Origin: Candidatus Heimdallarchaeota archaeon
GTDB lineage: Archaea; Asgardarchaeota; Heimdallarchaeia; Heimdallarchaeales; Heimdallarchaeaceae
Direction of reading: 5' to 3'
DNA: 64,000 bases
Assembly: GCA_019057815.1 (NCBI GenBank)
Contig: JAHLWR010000006.1
Span: 32,001-96,000, forward strand
Within the stretch, counting starts at the first letter, position 1. Every line of letters begins with the position of its first letter. This document shows positions 28,883 to 39,486 of this stretch, in pieces. The notes under the pieces are model-generated. The model ran no database searches. It was not told where the DNA came from and saw only the letters and a program-made list of their open reading frames with translations. The position numbers and the translations under genes are program-made.

Positions 28883-30862
28883 ATGAGGATGCCACTAAAA
28901 ATAGAAACATCAATGAAACCCAAAGGAGACCAACCTAAAGCAATAAATCAGTTAGTGGAGGGTGTGAAGAAAGGTGCGAAATTTCAAACACTGATGGGAG
29001 TGACAGGATCAGGAAAAACAGCTACAATGTCATGGGTTATTGAACGCCTTAATCTTCCTACTCTTGTTGTTGCTCCAAATAAGACTCTTGTGGCTCAGCT
29101 TTATGGTGAATTTAAAACTTTCTTCCCTTCTGCTCGCGTGGAATATTTCGTTTCATTTTACGATTATTATCAACCTGAAGCTTATCTTCCCTCTAAAGAT
29201 CTCTATATTGAGAAAGATGCCGATATCAATAAAGAGATTGAACGCTTACGTCACTCAACACTTGAAGCTTTAGCCACCAGAGAAGATGTAATAATTTGTG
29301 CTACCGTTTCTTGTATTTATGGCACGGGTAATCCTGAACTTTATCGGCTTAAAAAAATCTCTTTGGCTGTTGGGGCTCCTTTTGATCGTAAGGATTTAAT
29401 GATGCAACTTGTATTGAATCAATATCAAAGGAATGATATTAACCTGGTTAGAAAGAGTTTTCGCGTGCGTGGAGATTCGATTGATATCTTTCCAATGTAT
29501 GGTGATCATGTATATCGTATAGAGTTCTTTGGAGATGAAGTTGAACGCCTAACATCTCGTGATCCCATAACTAATGAGAAAGTTAGAGATTTAAGGTATC
29601 TAGATCTCTACCCAGGTACGCACTATTTAACAAGTGAAGTGTGGTTTGATGATGCTTTAGAAGCTATCAAAATTGAACTGGATATGCGCTTAGCTGAACT
29701 AGAGAAAGAAGGAAAAATTGTCGAAGCCCATAGATTAAGACAACGAACACTTCATGACTTAGAACTACTAAAGGAAACACATGGGTGTCCAGGAATCGAG
29801 AACTACTCTCGACATTTTGATATGCGGAAGAAAGGCGAAAACCCCTTTACTCTCCTAAATCACTTTCCTGAAGACTTTCTTCTAGTTATTGATGAATCGC
29901 ATCTTACAATTCCCCAAATAAGGGGGATGTTTAAGGGAGATTATGCTAGAAAGAAGAATCTCATAGAGCATGGTTTTAGACTCCCTTCAGCTTTTGATAA
30001 TCGTCCTCTTAAATTTGAAGAATTTGAGAAATATATCAATAAGACTATTTTTACCAGTGCAACACCTGGTCCATATGAAGAGAAAAACTCGTCCCAAATT
30101 GTTGAACAAATCATACGTCCAACAGGATTAATTGATCCTAGTATTGAAGTTAGAGCAACTGAAGGGCAGATTGTGGATCTTATTTCAGAGATAAAACAAA
30201 GAATATCCAATAAAGAGCGTGTTTTAGTTACAACCTTATCAAAGAGTATGGCTGAAGAATTATCAGGATATCTTATAGATATGGGAATAAAATCTGTTTA
30301 TTTACACCATGAAGTTAACACATTAGAGCGAATAAACATACTTAAAGATTTGAGAACGGGTAAATATGATGTTGTAGTAGGAATAAATCTTCTTAGAGAG
30401 GGATTAGATTTACCTGAAGTAAGTTTGGTTGCTATCCTTGATGCAGATAAAGAAGGTTTCTTGCGCTCTAAAACATCACTTATTCAATTAATGGGACGAG
30501 CTAGTCGTAATATTCATGGTCATGTGTTACTTTATGCGGATAAAGTGACCGACTCAATGAAATATGCTATTGTTGAAAATAATAGAAGAAGACAGATACA
30601 ACTTGATTTCAACCGAAAATACAATATTAAACCAAAAACTGTCACAAGCGAGATCAAATCAATAGTTGACGCCTTAATGCAAGTTTCACAGGATGATGAA
30701 ACAATAAAACTTCCTAGAGAAATGTCAAGCTCTGATATACCTTTTATTATAGACGATTTGAAACACAAGATGGCGGAAGCAGCTGCTGAACTGAATTTTG
30801 AACAAGCAGCTTCTTATCGCGATAAAATAATAGAACTTGAAAAGATGAGGTCTAATTTATGA
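28883..30862 (+). CDS. uvrB: Excinuclease ABC subunit B
   Basis: GDQPKAI, GVTGSGKT, YDYYQPEAY, DESH, GINLLREGLDLPEV, C-terminal UVR; ATG 28883 follows GAGGTG. Confidence 0.98.
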   Translation: MRMPLKIETSMKPKGDQPKAINQLVEGVKKGAKFQTLMGVTGSGKTATMSWVIERLNLPTLVVAPNKTLVAQLYGEFKTFFPSARVEYFVSFYDYYQPEAYLPSKDLYIEKDADINKEIERLRHSTLEALATREDVIICATVSCIYGTGNPELYRLKKISLAVGAPFDRKDLMMQLVLNQYQRNDINLVRKSFRVRGDSIDIFPMYGDHVYRIEFFGDEVERLTSRDPITNEKVRDLRYLDLYPGTHYLTSEVWFDDALEAIKIELDMRLAELEKEGKIVEAHRLRQRTLHDLELLKETHGCPGIENYSRHFDMRKKGENPFTLLNHFPEDFLLVIDESHLTIPQIRGMFKGDYARKKNLIEHGFRLPSAFDNRPLKFEEFEKYINKTIFTSATPGPYEEKNSSQIVEQIIRPTGLIDPSIEVRATEGQIVDLISEIKQRISNKERVLVTTLSKSMAEELSGYLIDMGIKSVYLHHEVNTLERINILKDLRTGKYDVVVGINLLREGLDLPEVSLVAILDADKEGFLRSKTSLIQLMGRASRNIHGHVLLYADKVTDSMKYAIVENNRRRQIQLDFNRKYNIKPKTVTSEIKSIVDALMQVSQDDETIKLPREMSSSDIPFIIDDLKHKMAEAAAELNFEQAASYRDKIIELEKMRSNL

Positions 30863-32658
30863 GCCTTTTCTCCGATTTAGAATCTTTACCTGATGTTCCT
30901 GGGATTTATTTAATGAAGGATGAAAATGAAACAGTTATCTACGTTGGCAAGGCTAAAAGTTTGAAACAAAGGGCAAAACAGCATTTTGCAATCACTGAAG
31001 ATTCAAAAGAACTTCAACTTCAAACATTAACAAAAAGAGTCGATTGGTTTGTAACAAGAACAGAAGCAGAGGCTATATTATTAGAAAAAAGGATGATACA
31101 GCAATTATCACCCAAATTGAATGTTAAGCTTAAAGATGACAAATCGTCTCTTCTAATCCGAATAACAATGGAAGAGAGATATCCACAACTTTTGATAGTT
31201 CGGGATACTGACTTAAAAATGAGAAAAAGCCTATATTTCGGTCCATATCCAAGCGCGACTGCACTTCGTGAAACTGTTAAGCTGATTTTGAGACTTTTTC
31301 CTATTTGTAATTGTGGAAAAAAAGTTGAAAGGATGAGAGAAAGGAAAACTACTGTTAGGTGTATGCGTGCCAGAATTGGACGATGTTTAGCTCCCTGTAT
31401 GAACGATGTTTCAGTAAGGCAATACAAAAAACACGTTCGTAATGCCATATCTTTTCTTCAAGGGGAGGTTGCAGATCTTTTTGATAGCCTTGAAAAAGAA
31501 ATGTGGGAAGCAGCAGAACAAGAAAATTTTGAGAAATCTTCAGAAGTTAGAAATCTTATTGCAACTATTCAATCGTCTCTGTTTTTCCAGAAAGATACAA
31601 GATCAGAAGTGCGTGATGTTGATATATTAGCATTTGAAGAAGATGAAAATATTATTGTTTTTTGTAAACTGGAATTTCGTGCTCACCGTATTAATCATTT
31701 ACAAATTTATACACACATGAAAGAAGAAATATCTCCAACTACCATGAGAGAAATATTCTCTCTCGTATATGGTATTGAGCGTCCAAAAGCTAAATTACTA
31801 ATAAGTAAAAAAATGGTAGAGCGGTTTGTGAATGATGAAAAAATAGATTTCTCTACTCCAACCGATGAAAAATCAGAAGATTTAGTTGAAATTGCAAGGA
31901 AAAATGCAAAAACTGAGCTCCTAAAATATATGAGAGACGAAAAATATAAGGAAGATTTAGTCAAAACTCTGATGGAAATGCAAAAACTCCTACGTTTACC
32001 AAAAAAGCCTGAAATAATACATGGAATTGATGTGTCTACTTTGATGGGACGTTTATCTGTTGGATCATGTGTTACTTTTGTTAATGGTATTCCTGAAAAA
32101 AAACTCTACAGAAGATTCAGGATTAAAAACCCCTATTCCAACTCTAATGATTATGCTATGATGAAAGAAGTGATTACTAGAAAATATCGTTCTCCTCAAT
32201 TAGAATCTGATCCATCTCCTGATCTCATCGTGATAGACGGTGGAAAAGGACAATTAAATGTTGCACGAAAAGTAATGATAGATCATGATTTGCCTTTTCC
32301 CGTTGTAAGTATTTCAAAAAAGCATGAAAAAATTTTTGTTGAATGGACCAATGACCCTATAATTCTCCCTAAAACATCTCCAATGCTTAAATTAATACAA
32401 AGAGTAAGAGATGAATCTCATAGATTCGCAATTAGTTACCACAGATATTTAAGAAAAACGACTATGCAAGAATCCATCTTTGAATCTATTAAGGGAATTG
32501 GAAAGCAAAAAACGCGAATACTATTTACTAATTATAAGAATGTAGAAGAAATTACTGAAGCAAAAATCGAAGATATTGCTAAAATACTGGGAACAAACGA
32601 AGAAATAGCGGAAAAAATTGTTGAACTTGCAAAAAAACTCAAAAAGACAGATTATTAG
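30859..32658 (+). CDS. uvrC: Excinuclease ABC subunit C
   Basis: PGIYLM..IYVGKAK GIY-YIG, Cys cluster, DLIVIDGGKGQ, RDESHRFA, HhH. Confidence 0.97.
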   Translation: MSLFSDLESLPDVPGIYLMKDENETVIYVGKAKSLKQRAKQHFAITEDSKELQLQTLTKRVDWFVTRTEAEAILLEKRMIQQLSPKLNVKLKDDKSSLLIRITMEERYPQLLIVRDTDLKMRKSLYFGPYPSATALRETVKLILRLFPICNCGKKVERMRERKTTVRCMRARIGRCLAPCMNDVSVRQYKKHVRNAISFLQGEVADLFDSLEKEMWEAAEQENFEKSSEVRNLIATIQSSLFFQKDTRSEVRDVDILAFEEDENIIVFCKLEFRAHRINHLQIYTHMKEEISPTTMREIFSLVYGIERPKAKLLISKKMVERFVNDEKIDFSTPTDEKSEDLVEIARKNAKTELLKYMRDEKYKEDLVKTLMEMQKLLRLPKKPEIIHGIDVSTLMGRLSVGSCVTFVNGIPEKKLYRRFRIKNPYSNSNDYAMMKEVITRKYRSPQLESDPSPDLIVIDGGKGQLNVARKVMIDHDLPFPVVSISKKHEKIFVEWTNDPIILPKTSPMLKLIQRVRDESHRFAISYHRYLRKTTMQESIFESIKGIGKQKTRILFTNYKNVEEITEAKIEDIAKILGTNEEIAEKIVELAKKLKKTDY

Positions 32659-32731
32659 CTAGAAAATTTTCTGCTATAAACATAGGTATATAAGATTTTG
32701 ATTGAATCAATTTAATTGGTGAAAAACTAAA

Positions 32732-33643
32732 ATGCAAAGAAAAGTTTTAATCGCAAGTTTTCTACTCACTGGGATATTGGTTGGAATGATGGTAAACCCA
32801 AGCTTTGCAGCTACAACATGGGGAATTGAAATCAATGAAAGATATGAGTTTACATTGAAAACATTCAAGTTTGGCTCACCAACTGACATATCATTTATGC
32901 TGAAGGAGAATGTTACTTTTGAAGTCGAATTCACTAGCTTTAACGACGCTGGATACACGTATGATATCTATAACTCATCAGGTCTTATGGAATCTGGGGT
33001 TTCAACACTTTTTGAAGAAATGGAAACAGAATTAGGGAACATTACTATGCCTCTAGGTATTCCAATTGCTATGCCATTAGCAATAGGAACAAGTTCCAAT
33101 TATCTATTAGAAATCGGAACTATAGCAAACCAGACTTCAAGTATGATAGGATTTGAAGATTTTGTCAATTTGACTGAATTTGGAAATGATACGGTTGTTA
33201 ATGTTTATTCTCTTCTTGATGAAGAATATTTGAAACTTAAAACCGATATTTACACATCTAACTTTAATGATTCGTTATTAGATGAACTCATAGGAGACTT
33301 TAGTGGCCAACCTTCAGATTTTCCAATAGATGATTTAACCTTAATAATTCCTGATATTATATATGAAATGACGGTAAATATTACAATATCCATTAATGCC
33401 AAAACTGGTCTATTTGATACATTAGCTTTGGTACTTAAGTCTAAAGGAGAACAATCGGGTTTTGAAATTGATTTCGATGTTGATATTCTATATGGTTATG
33501 AAGCTCCAGTTGTAACAACTCAAACAACCGAATCGGTTGAAACAACAGGTACGGAAACTACAGAAACTCCATATTCTTGGCTCTTTATCACTCCGTTTAC
33601 CCTTGTGACACTCGTATTTTTAATGAAGAAGAGAAGAAAATAA
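32732..33643 (+). CDS. Secreted acidic cell-surface protein with Thr-rich linker and C-terminal TM plus basic anchor
   Basis: Signal peptide (..PSFA), N-X-S/T sequons, TTQTTESVETTGTETTETPYSW-TM-KKRRK. Confidence 0.8.
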   Translation: MQRKVLIASFLLTGILVGMMVNPSFAATTWGIEINERYEFTLKTFKFGSPTDISFMLKENVTFEVEFTSFNDAGYTYDIYNSSGLMESGVSTLFEEMETELGNITMPLGIPIAMPLAIGTSSNYLLEIGTIANQTSSMIGFEDFVNLTEFGNDTVVNVYSLLDEEYLKLKTDIYTSNFNDSLLDELIGDFSGQPSDFPIDDLTLIIPDIIYEMTVNITISINAKTGLFDTLALVLKSKGEQSGFEIDFDVDILYGYEAPVVTTQTTESVETTGTETTETPYSWLFITPFTLVTLVFLMKKRRK

Positions 33644-33713
33644 TTTATCTCACTCCTCTTTTTTTCTTTCCAAATCTTTTTTAATTGTACTTTAAACACA
33701 TTTGTGAGCTAAT

Positions 33714-34829
33714 TTGATACTATCAAACGCAGAATATCTAATTCTGAAAGAACTTTTTCGTGATCCTATTCTGCCTTATAATAAACTAGCTAACTTAGTG
33801 GGTCTTTCTCCACCTACTGTAAAAAAGAAAATAGAGGGTCTTCTAGCCAAAAATATTATTAAAAGTTTTTATGGGGAATATTATCCGGAAGCAATTGGTC
33901 TTGAAAGTCATATGTTTCTTCTTAGGGTTCAATCAGTCGATAAGCTTCGCTTGGTTGAAAGGATTATTGACTTCTTCCCCTATCTTGTTAGTAGATCTAG
34001 GTGTTATGGTTCAATTTCAGGGATTTATGTCAAAGTTCATCTTCCCCTAAACTCTCTGAATAGATTCATGTTTCTCCTTGATTATTTGAGTGATGCAAAT
34101 TTGATTGCAGAAATTATTCCTTCTAGCACTATCGGTCGGGGAATAAAAACGCACACTGATCTTACATATTGGGATCAAAATACTGGGAATTGGACATTTG
34201 GGTGGCATATGTGGGAAAAAAATATAGATATGGTTGACTACATTCCACAATTTGATTATTTCCAAAAAGTTTCTAGTGAAAAACCTAAAAACGTTCTAAA
34301 ACATATGCATTTCCATGACTTTGAACTCCTTCGTGAATTGGTTTCTAATCCCGTGCAAAAACACATTCTTCTCGCAAAAAAAATTGGTCTACCTCCTTAT
34401 AACTTCTCGCGAAGAGTCAAGTTTCTGAATGAATACGTAATTCGAAAATATATGGTTGACTTTGATCGTAGCTTTTTTGGTCTTGAGGATGATTTTGTAT
34501 TCAAAGCAATATGCAGCCCAAGAGCAATGGCAAAAATAATCTATCTGATGCATAATTTGGACTTACCATTTAAATCTGATTTTAGAAATACGGAGAGAGG
34601 TTTTTTGTGGAAAATATTGTTACCTCCAAAGGATAAGCTAGGATTGATCAATATACTTTGGTCTCTCTTCCCTGATTTACAAATAATGATGCGTGATCCT
34701 CATGAAGCGGCAGTAAAACCCTTTAATCCCAATAATTATTCTTTTATGGATCATTCGTGGAAAGACTCAGAAGAATATATGGTTGATCAAGTCTTAGAAA
34801 TGGCAAGAGGAGAGTTTATTTTAGCATAA
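33714..34829 (+). CDS. Lrp/AsnC-like transcriptional regulator with duplicated wHTH modules
   Basis: ILKELFRDPILPYNKLANLVGLSPPTVKKKI and a second DFELLRELVSNP..LAKKIGLP..RRVKFL. Confidence 0.75.
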   Translation: MILSNAEYLILKELFRDPILPYNKLANLVGLSPPTVKKKIEGLLAKNIIKSFYGEYYPEAIGLESHMFLLRVQSVDKLRLVERIIDFFPYLVSRSRCYGSISGIYVKVHLPLNSLNRFMFLLDYLSDANLIAEIIPSSTIGRGIKTHTDLTYWDQNTGNWTFGWHMWEKNIDMVDYIPQFDYFQKVSSEKPKNVLKHMHFHDFELLRELVSNPVQKHILLAKKIGLPPYNFSRRVKFLNEYVIRKYMVDFDRSFFGLEDDFVFKAICSPRAMAKIIYLMHNLDLPFKSDFRNTERGFLWKILLPPKDKLGLINILWSLFPDLQIMMRDPHEAAVKPFNPNNYSFMDHSWKDSEEYMVDQVLEMARGEFILA

Positions 34830-34874
34830 TAGCAGTTTTCAAGGAATAAAAACTAAATGAAGAAATTATCTTCA

Positions 34875-37772
34875 TTACTCTGTGATGCGAAGTTCATGAA
34901 CAATTTCAAATTTAGTCTGTTTTCTAATTAAGGGTATTATTGTTATTAAAGATGCTAAGATCAATGAGAAAATGGCAACTAAAAGCATTAAAATTCCAGG
35001 TTCAAATACGATTGGTACTATTTCTCTTGGAATTAATAATGGTTTTATGAAACTCAGAGAGCTAAGTGCAGTAAGAAGTCCTACTGGTACGCCTATAAGT
35101 ATAGCTGATACAACAAAAACGAGAATTTCCCCTATAACAAGCCCCCTTATTTTAGTTTGCTTTCCACCTAAAGCTAGTAGTACTGCATATTCTTTCCTTC
35201 TTTGATTAAGAATAAAATCTGTTGATATCATAATGTAAACTATTGCTACAAAACTTAGAACAATTATTCCCAACATTAAAGTAACTGATACATGTGGAAT
35301 ATATTTTGTTATAAAATAGCCAATATAATTTGGATTAATTTTCTCGGGGTTAACAATTAATAAAGGACTAATACTTTGGATTTGTTCTATGATTTGATCT
35401 ATGTCTACATTTTTTCCAACAGATAACAAAAATAAGGACCCGTTCTCTACTCCTATTGATTGTAAGATTTCTTGGTTTACTAATACATATTCATCAGCAC
35501 TTTTTACCATTTTTGGGTCATTACCATGTGCCACTCCCAAACCTGGAGCAGAACTTATTATTCCTGTAATTAGGAGCGGTAGGGAAAATGGTCCGCCTTT
35601 GAAATCTGTAATAAACATATGTCGACCAATTGATAATCTCAATCTGTTGGCTGTATAATCGCTTATTATTAGTCCATCTAGAGTCTCTTCTAAAGCTGTT
35701 AAAGCTTCTTCCACTGTTGTATTCTGGAAACTATGCTCTATCCAATTTCCAACACTCAAATATTTCAAGGGGTCAACCCCAAAAACTTCTACATCTTGAG
35801 TTCCTATTGTTGCTCTAAGAGAATAGAACCCTAAAGTATCTTCAATTCCTTCAATCTTGCTAAATCTCTCATTGTATTCTGATATGTTAATTGGTACTGT
35901 TGTCTGAACTCTAATATCTGATCCGTTTCTATAATTATTTTCAAGTTCAATATTTGTTTCAGTTATGGAACGAATTGAGATAAGAAACGTCAATAAACTA
36001 ATGATTAAAATTAAAAAGAAAGTTAATTCTGTAAGAGTTTTGGTTTTCCTCTTAATATTATGGTAGATGAAGAAACCTCTATTTTTGAAGATTAGTCTAT
36101 AAACTTTAGGTGTTTTTTGTAAAAGTAGTACAATTCCCATTGATATATAATAACAAATGAAAAAGATTACTCCCATAAATGCTAGAAGTACCATAGAGCT
36201 CCTTTCGATAGAGTCAAATCCATAAGTGTCAAAAGGATCAAATACATTGCGGAATTCAATTAAAAGTAGGATAAAACCAACAAATACAAGGACGAAAACT
36301 GCAATATTTACTCCAAGACTCAATATTCTTTGACCCTTGCGTGTAATCAAAAGAACTTCTTGAACATCTTTTTTTACAAATGAAACTATGTTTACAAATG
36401 TAACACCAAGATATATCCCTAATACAATAATTGAAAATATTTCAATTTCATATGCTGAAATGTCTAAATATTGCATAAATCTGGATAAATTATAAGCAGT
36501 TATTGATTTTCCTCCAGCAATCAATGGAAACGCTGCAGCTGTAATGATTGATAACCCAAAGCTTACCAACAATGAAAAAATTCCGATAATAGAGTACTCA
36601 CTAAAGAAAATCCCAATTATTTGAACACTGCTTGCGCCTCGTGACCTTAGCAAAGCTATTTCTTTTCCTCTTCGTTTTATTGTCATCTGCGTAGCTAGTA
36701 CTGTTAATATTAATGCAGCAGCTATCGCTGGAATAAATAATGCCGCAGAACTAAAAGTTCTCTTATATTCATTGGCCATTGTTTCGATTTCATGTTTTAA
36801 GATTCTACAAAATGTATGATAATAATTTATTTCAATTCTTTCTTTGAGAGCAAGTAAGTTATCAGGCATTGTTTCAATATTACCTGTTCGTAATTTTTCT
36901 GCATCAGTTTTTACTAGTAATTTAGGTAGTAGACCGTTAGTTTCAAAAATATACAAATCTTCATAAGTTAAGTCTTCCATTGGAAATAGAACAGAATCAA
37001 CTATGTTTCCTGCTCCTTTCGCACCTATTAATTTGTCAATAATGCCGTCTGTTCCTGTATATTTAAATATCCCAGATATTGTGTAATTGTAATATGTTGT
37101 TTCATCTATGTCAAAAAACCTTAACTCGTCTTCACCAATATCCGTGTTTGGAATACGTCGAGTTATAGCAACAGTAATTATTTCTCCAGGAGTTATAGTT
37201 TTCTTATATGTTTTTTCTAGTTCCTTAGCTTCAGAATAACTTACCATTATTTCTCCAGAGTTAAGACTAGCGTTACCCTCTATTTCTAAATTTAATTTAA
37301 TTCTTTCAATAGCTCTTGTAGGGACAATAATTGCATTAGTGAGCGATATTGGATCTTCCAAATCATCTTGTTCAGATTCGGGAAAAACCGTGTAGTTTTG
37401 CTCCTTGTTTTCAAAGTTGAATAAAGCATATGTTACATATTGCCAATCTACCTGTCTGACTACAGAATCGTCAGATAGATAATCATAAACTTCATTCATT
37501 GCATTTGGGAGAAAGGTGTTAATATACATCTCATAGTCCAGTGTTTCTATATAATCATCAGCGATTATTTTTTGTGATGTATGAACCCATATTGAGCTGG
37601 AGAAAAGTATGGTTAAAGAGAAAATTAAACCTAGAGCTATAATAATCGCACTTTTTTTTCTGTGTTTTAGATTTTTTAAAATCAATCGTAAATTAAATAG
37701 TGTGGAATAAAGGAATTTGCTGTAAAAATTAGATTTGATTTCTGTATCTGTTAGTTTGTCAATCTCGTTCAA
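34875..37772 (-). CDS. ABC transporter permease, duplicated FtsX/MacB type
   Basis: Two halves with RGKEIALLRSRGAS and RRKEYAVLLALGG motifs plus large extracellular loops. Confidence 0.9.
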   Translation of the reverse strand: MNEIDKLTDTEIKSNFYSKFLYSTLFNLRLILKNLKHRKKSAIIIALGLIFSLTILFSSSIWVHTSQKIIADDYIETLDYEMYINTFLPNAMNEVYDYLSDDSVVRQVDWQYVTYALFNFENKEQNYTVFPESEQDDLEDPISLTNAIIVPTRAIERIKLNLEIEGNASLNSGEIMVSYSEAKELEKTYKKTITPGEIITVAITRRIPNTDIGEDELRFFDIDETTYYNYTISGIFKYTGTDGIIDKLIGAKGAGNIVDSVLFPMEDLTYEDLYIFETNGLLPKLLVKTDAEKLRTGNIETMPDNLLALKERIEINYYHTFCRILKHEIETMANEYKRTFSSAALFIPAIAAALILTVLATQMTIKRRGKEIALLRSRGASSVQIIGIFFSEYSIIGIFSLLVSFGLSIITAAAFPLIAGGKSITAYNLSRFMQYLDISAYEIEIFSIIVLGIYLGVTFVNIVSFVKKDVQEVLLITRKGQRILSLGVNIAVFVLVFVGFILLLIEFRNVFDPFDTYGFDSIERSSMVLLAFMGVIFFICYYISMGIVLLLQKTPKVYRLIFKNRGFFIYHNIKRKTKTLTELTFFLILIISLLTFLISIRSITETNIELENNYRNGSDIRVQTTVPINISEYNERFSKIEGIEDTLGFYSLRATIGTQDVEVFGVDPLKYLSVGNWIEHSFQNTTVEEALTALEETLDGLIISDYTANRLRLSIGRHMFITDFKGGPFSLPLLITGIISSAPGLGVAHGNDPKMVKSADEYVLVNQEILQSIGVENGSLFLLSVGKNVDIDQIIEQIQSISPLLIVNPEKINPNYIGYFITKYIPHVSVTLMLGIIVLSFVAIVYIMISTDFILNQRRKEYAVLLALGGKQTKIRGLVIGEILVFVVSAILIGVPVGLLTALSSLSFIKPLLIPREIVPIVFEPGILMLLVAIFSLILASLITIIPLIRKQTKFEIVHELRITE

Positions 37773-38521
37773 GCTTTGTCACCTTTAGGTCGATACAATT
37801 GCTCAAAATTATCATAATCAAAACTTATAGGGTCAACTTCTTTTTCCTCAAAAACCTTGCCTTGATGTAAAATTAGCACTCTATTTGCAAGTTTCGCAAC
37901 GTATGGATCATGAGTTGTATAAAGCATGGTCATATCATATTTCTTTATCAATCTCAATAATAATTTCATGATTCCATCTCCTGTTTTGCTATCTAAGGTT
38001 CCTGTAGGTTCATCAGCAATAATAAAGGAGGGATTATTAGCTATAGCTCTAGCAACTGAAACTCTTTGTTTCTGACCAGTACTTAGTTCATCAGGATAAT
38101 TCATTGTTTTATCGCCTAATCCCACTGCCTTTAGAAGTTCTAAGGCTCTTTCTTTTGCCAATTCTTCTTTATCATCGGCTAATATCATGGGAGTCATGAC
38201 ACTCTCTATCGCTGTTAAATGTTCTAAAAGATAAAATTCTTGGAAAATTACACCTGTTGTTTTCAACCTGAAAGCATGTAATTTTTCTGTTGACCATTGA
38301 GTAATATTCTTACCATTAACTATAATTTCACCTCCAGTTGGTTTATCAAGTCCTGCAAGTAGATTTAGAGTTGTTGTTTTTCCAGATCCAGAGCGTCCAA
38401 GAAGGCAAACAATTTCCCCTTTTTCAATTTGAAAACTAACTCCACGTAATACAGTAAGATTTTCGACTTTTGAAGTAAATGTATGCTTTAGGTTATTGAC
38501 TGAAATGAAAACGTCTGCCAT
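37769..38521 (-). CDS. ABC transporter ATP-binding protein (LolD/MacB-like)
   Basis: GRSGSGKT, LSTGQKQRV, ADEPTGTLD, TTHD. Confidence 0.93.
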   Translation of the reverse strand: MADVFISVNNLKHTFTSKVENLTVLRGVSFQIEKGEIVCLLGRSGSGKTTTLNLLAGLDKPTGGEIIVNGKNITQWSTEKLHAFRLKTTGVIFQEFYLLEHLTAIESVMTPMILADDKEELAKERALELLKAVGLGDKTMNYPDELSTGQKQRVSVARAIANNPSFIIADEPTGTLDSKTGDGIMKLLLRLIKKYDMTMLYTTHDPYVAKLANRVLILHQGKVFEEKEVDPISFDYDNFEQLYRPKGDKA

Positions 38522-38582
38522 TTAACTAACACACAAAGAGTATAGACATTTAAATTGTTTTAGTTCAACAAAAAAGACGATT

Positions 38583-38750
38583 TCAAGAGAATATACCTTT
38601 GATTACATAATAGCCTATAATAATAATAAAAGCAAAAGCAATAACCATGAAGAATTTCCACCAATCTCGGCCTTCATATTCTTCATCTATAATATCATTG
38701 GGCTGGGTTTTTTGTGTAGTATCTTGTGGTGATTTTTCTTTTTCTGACAT
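38583..38750 (-). CDS. Unannotated 55-aa tail-anchored membrane protein
   Basis: Hand-translated MSEKEKSPQDTTQKTQPNDIIDEEYEGRDWWKFFMVIAFAFIIIIGYYVIKGIFS*; below the ORF-track length cutoff. Confidence 0.65.
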   Translation of the reverse strand: MSEKEKSPQDTTQKTQPNDIIDEEYEGRDWWKFFMVIAFAFIIIIGYYVIKGIFS

Positions 38751-38922
38751 AATTAATCCCATTTCTTTGAAATGTGTAAAGTTAAGTTGTAATAATTCTG
38801 TATATTTTATTTATTTATTTTTTGCCATTGTTCTTTTTCTCTTTTGTATCAACATCTTGTCGGGAAGTTAAGTGTTTCGTCCCTAACTCAAACTTTTTTT
38901 AACTGAAAACCTTCAATAAATC

Positions 38923-39396
38923 ATGAAATCTTTTTCTGAGGATGAAGAAGTTTATAGGGCGATACAAATTGAGGTTTTAACTGTGAGTCCTGATATTATT
39001 ACTTCAGAAGAAGAGAGTAAAAGAGGAAGATTAACAGAAATACCGCTTTTAAGTTTTGAACTTGAAAATGGTGAAAATTTTCTTATGGCTAACATACCTG
39101 TTTCTATTGCAATTGAAATTGCGAGTAGACTTAATAATTTAGAAAGTAATGATTCTCGGCTTACAATAGCTGAACTTATTCCTGAGGTGTTAATTGTTGA
39201 AAAAGTAGTCATTGATTCCGTTGTTCCTTATTCAACTACATATCAAGCTACAGTGACGATTCGTTTAGAAGGTTTTTCAGAAATTCAACATTTCCAAATG
39301 GTTCCAAGTCACGCTACTTTACTTGCTATAATAGCTGACACCCCTATATACGTTTCAAAGAGCGTTTTATCTTCTACACCAGCCGTGAGAAAATGA
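38923..39396 (+). CDS. Bifunctional nuclease domain (DUF151-like) protein
   Basis: SRLTIAELI..IVEKVVIDSV..TYQATV..MVPSHATLLAIIADTPIYVSKSVL resembles DUF151. Confidence 0.65.
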   Translation: MKSFSEDEEVYRAIQIEVLTVSPDIITSEEESKRGRLTEIPLLSFELENGENFLMANIPVSIAIEIASRLNNLESNDSRLTIAELIPEVLIVEKVVIDSVVPYSTTYQATVTIRLEGFSEIQHFQMVPSHATLLAIIADTPIYVSKSVLSSTPAVRK

Positions 39397-39486
39397 CACA
39401 ATTTTGAACTGAAATACTTTCATACTTCTTAGAAAGACTAAAGGAAAACTTTTTGTGCTTTGTGTGAAAGAGAATATTGTGACATA

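Noticed and set aside
38647-38871. 74-aa ORF on the + strand
   Set aside because: Antisense shadow of the more convincing 55-aa tail-anchored ORF at 38583..38750(-)
39397-39486. Cobalamin riboswitch before the ECF S-component
   Set aside because: The intergenic gap is short and AT-rich and lacks the GGGAA/B12-box motifs
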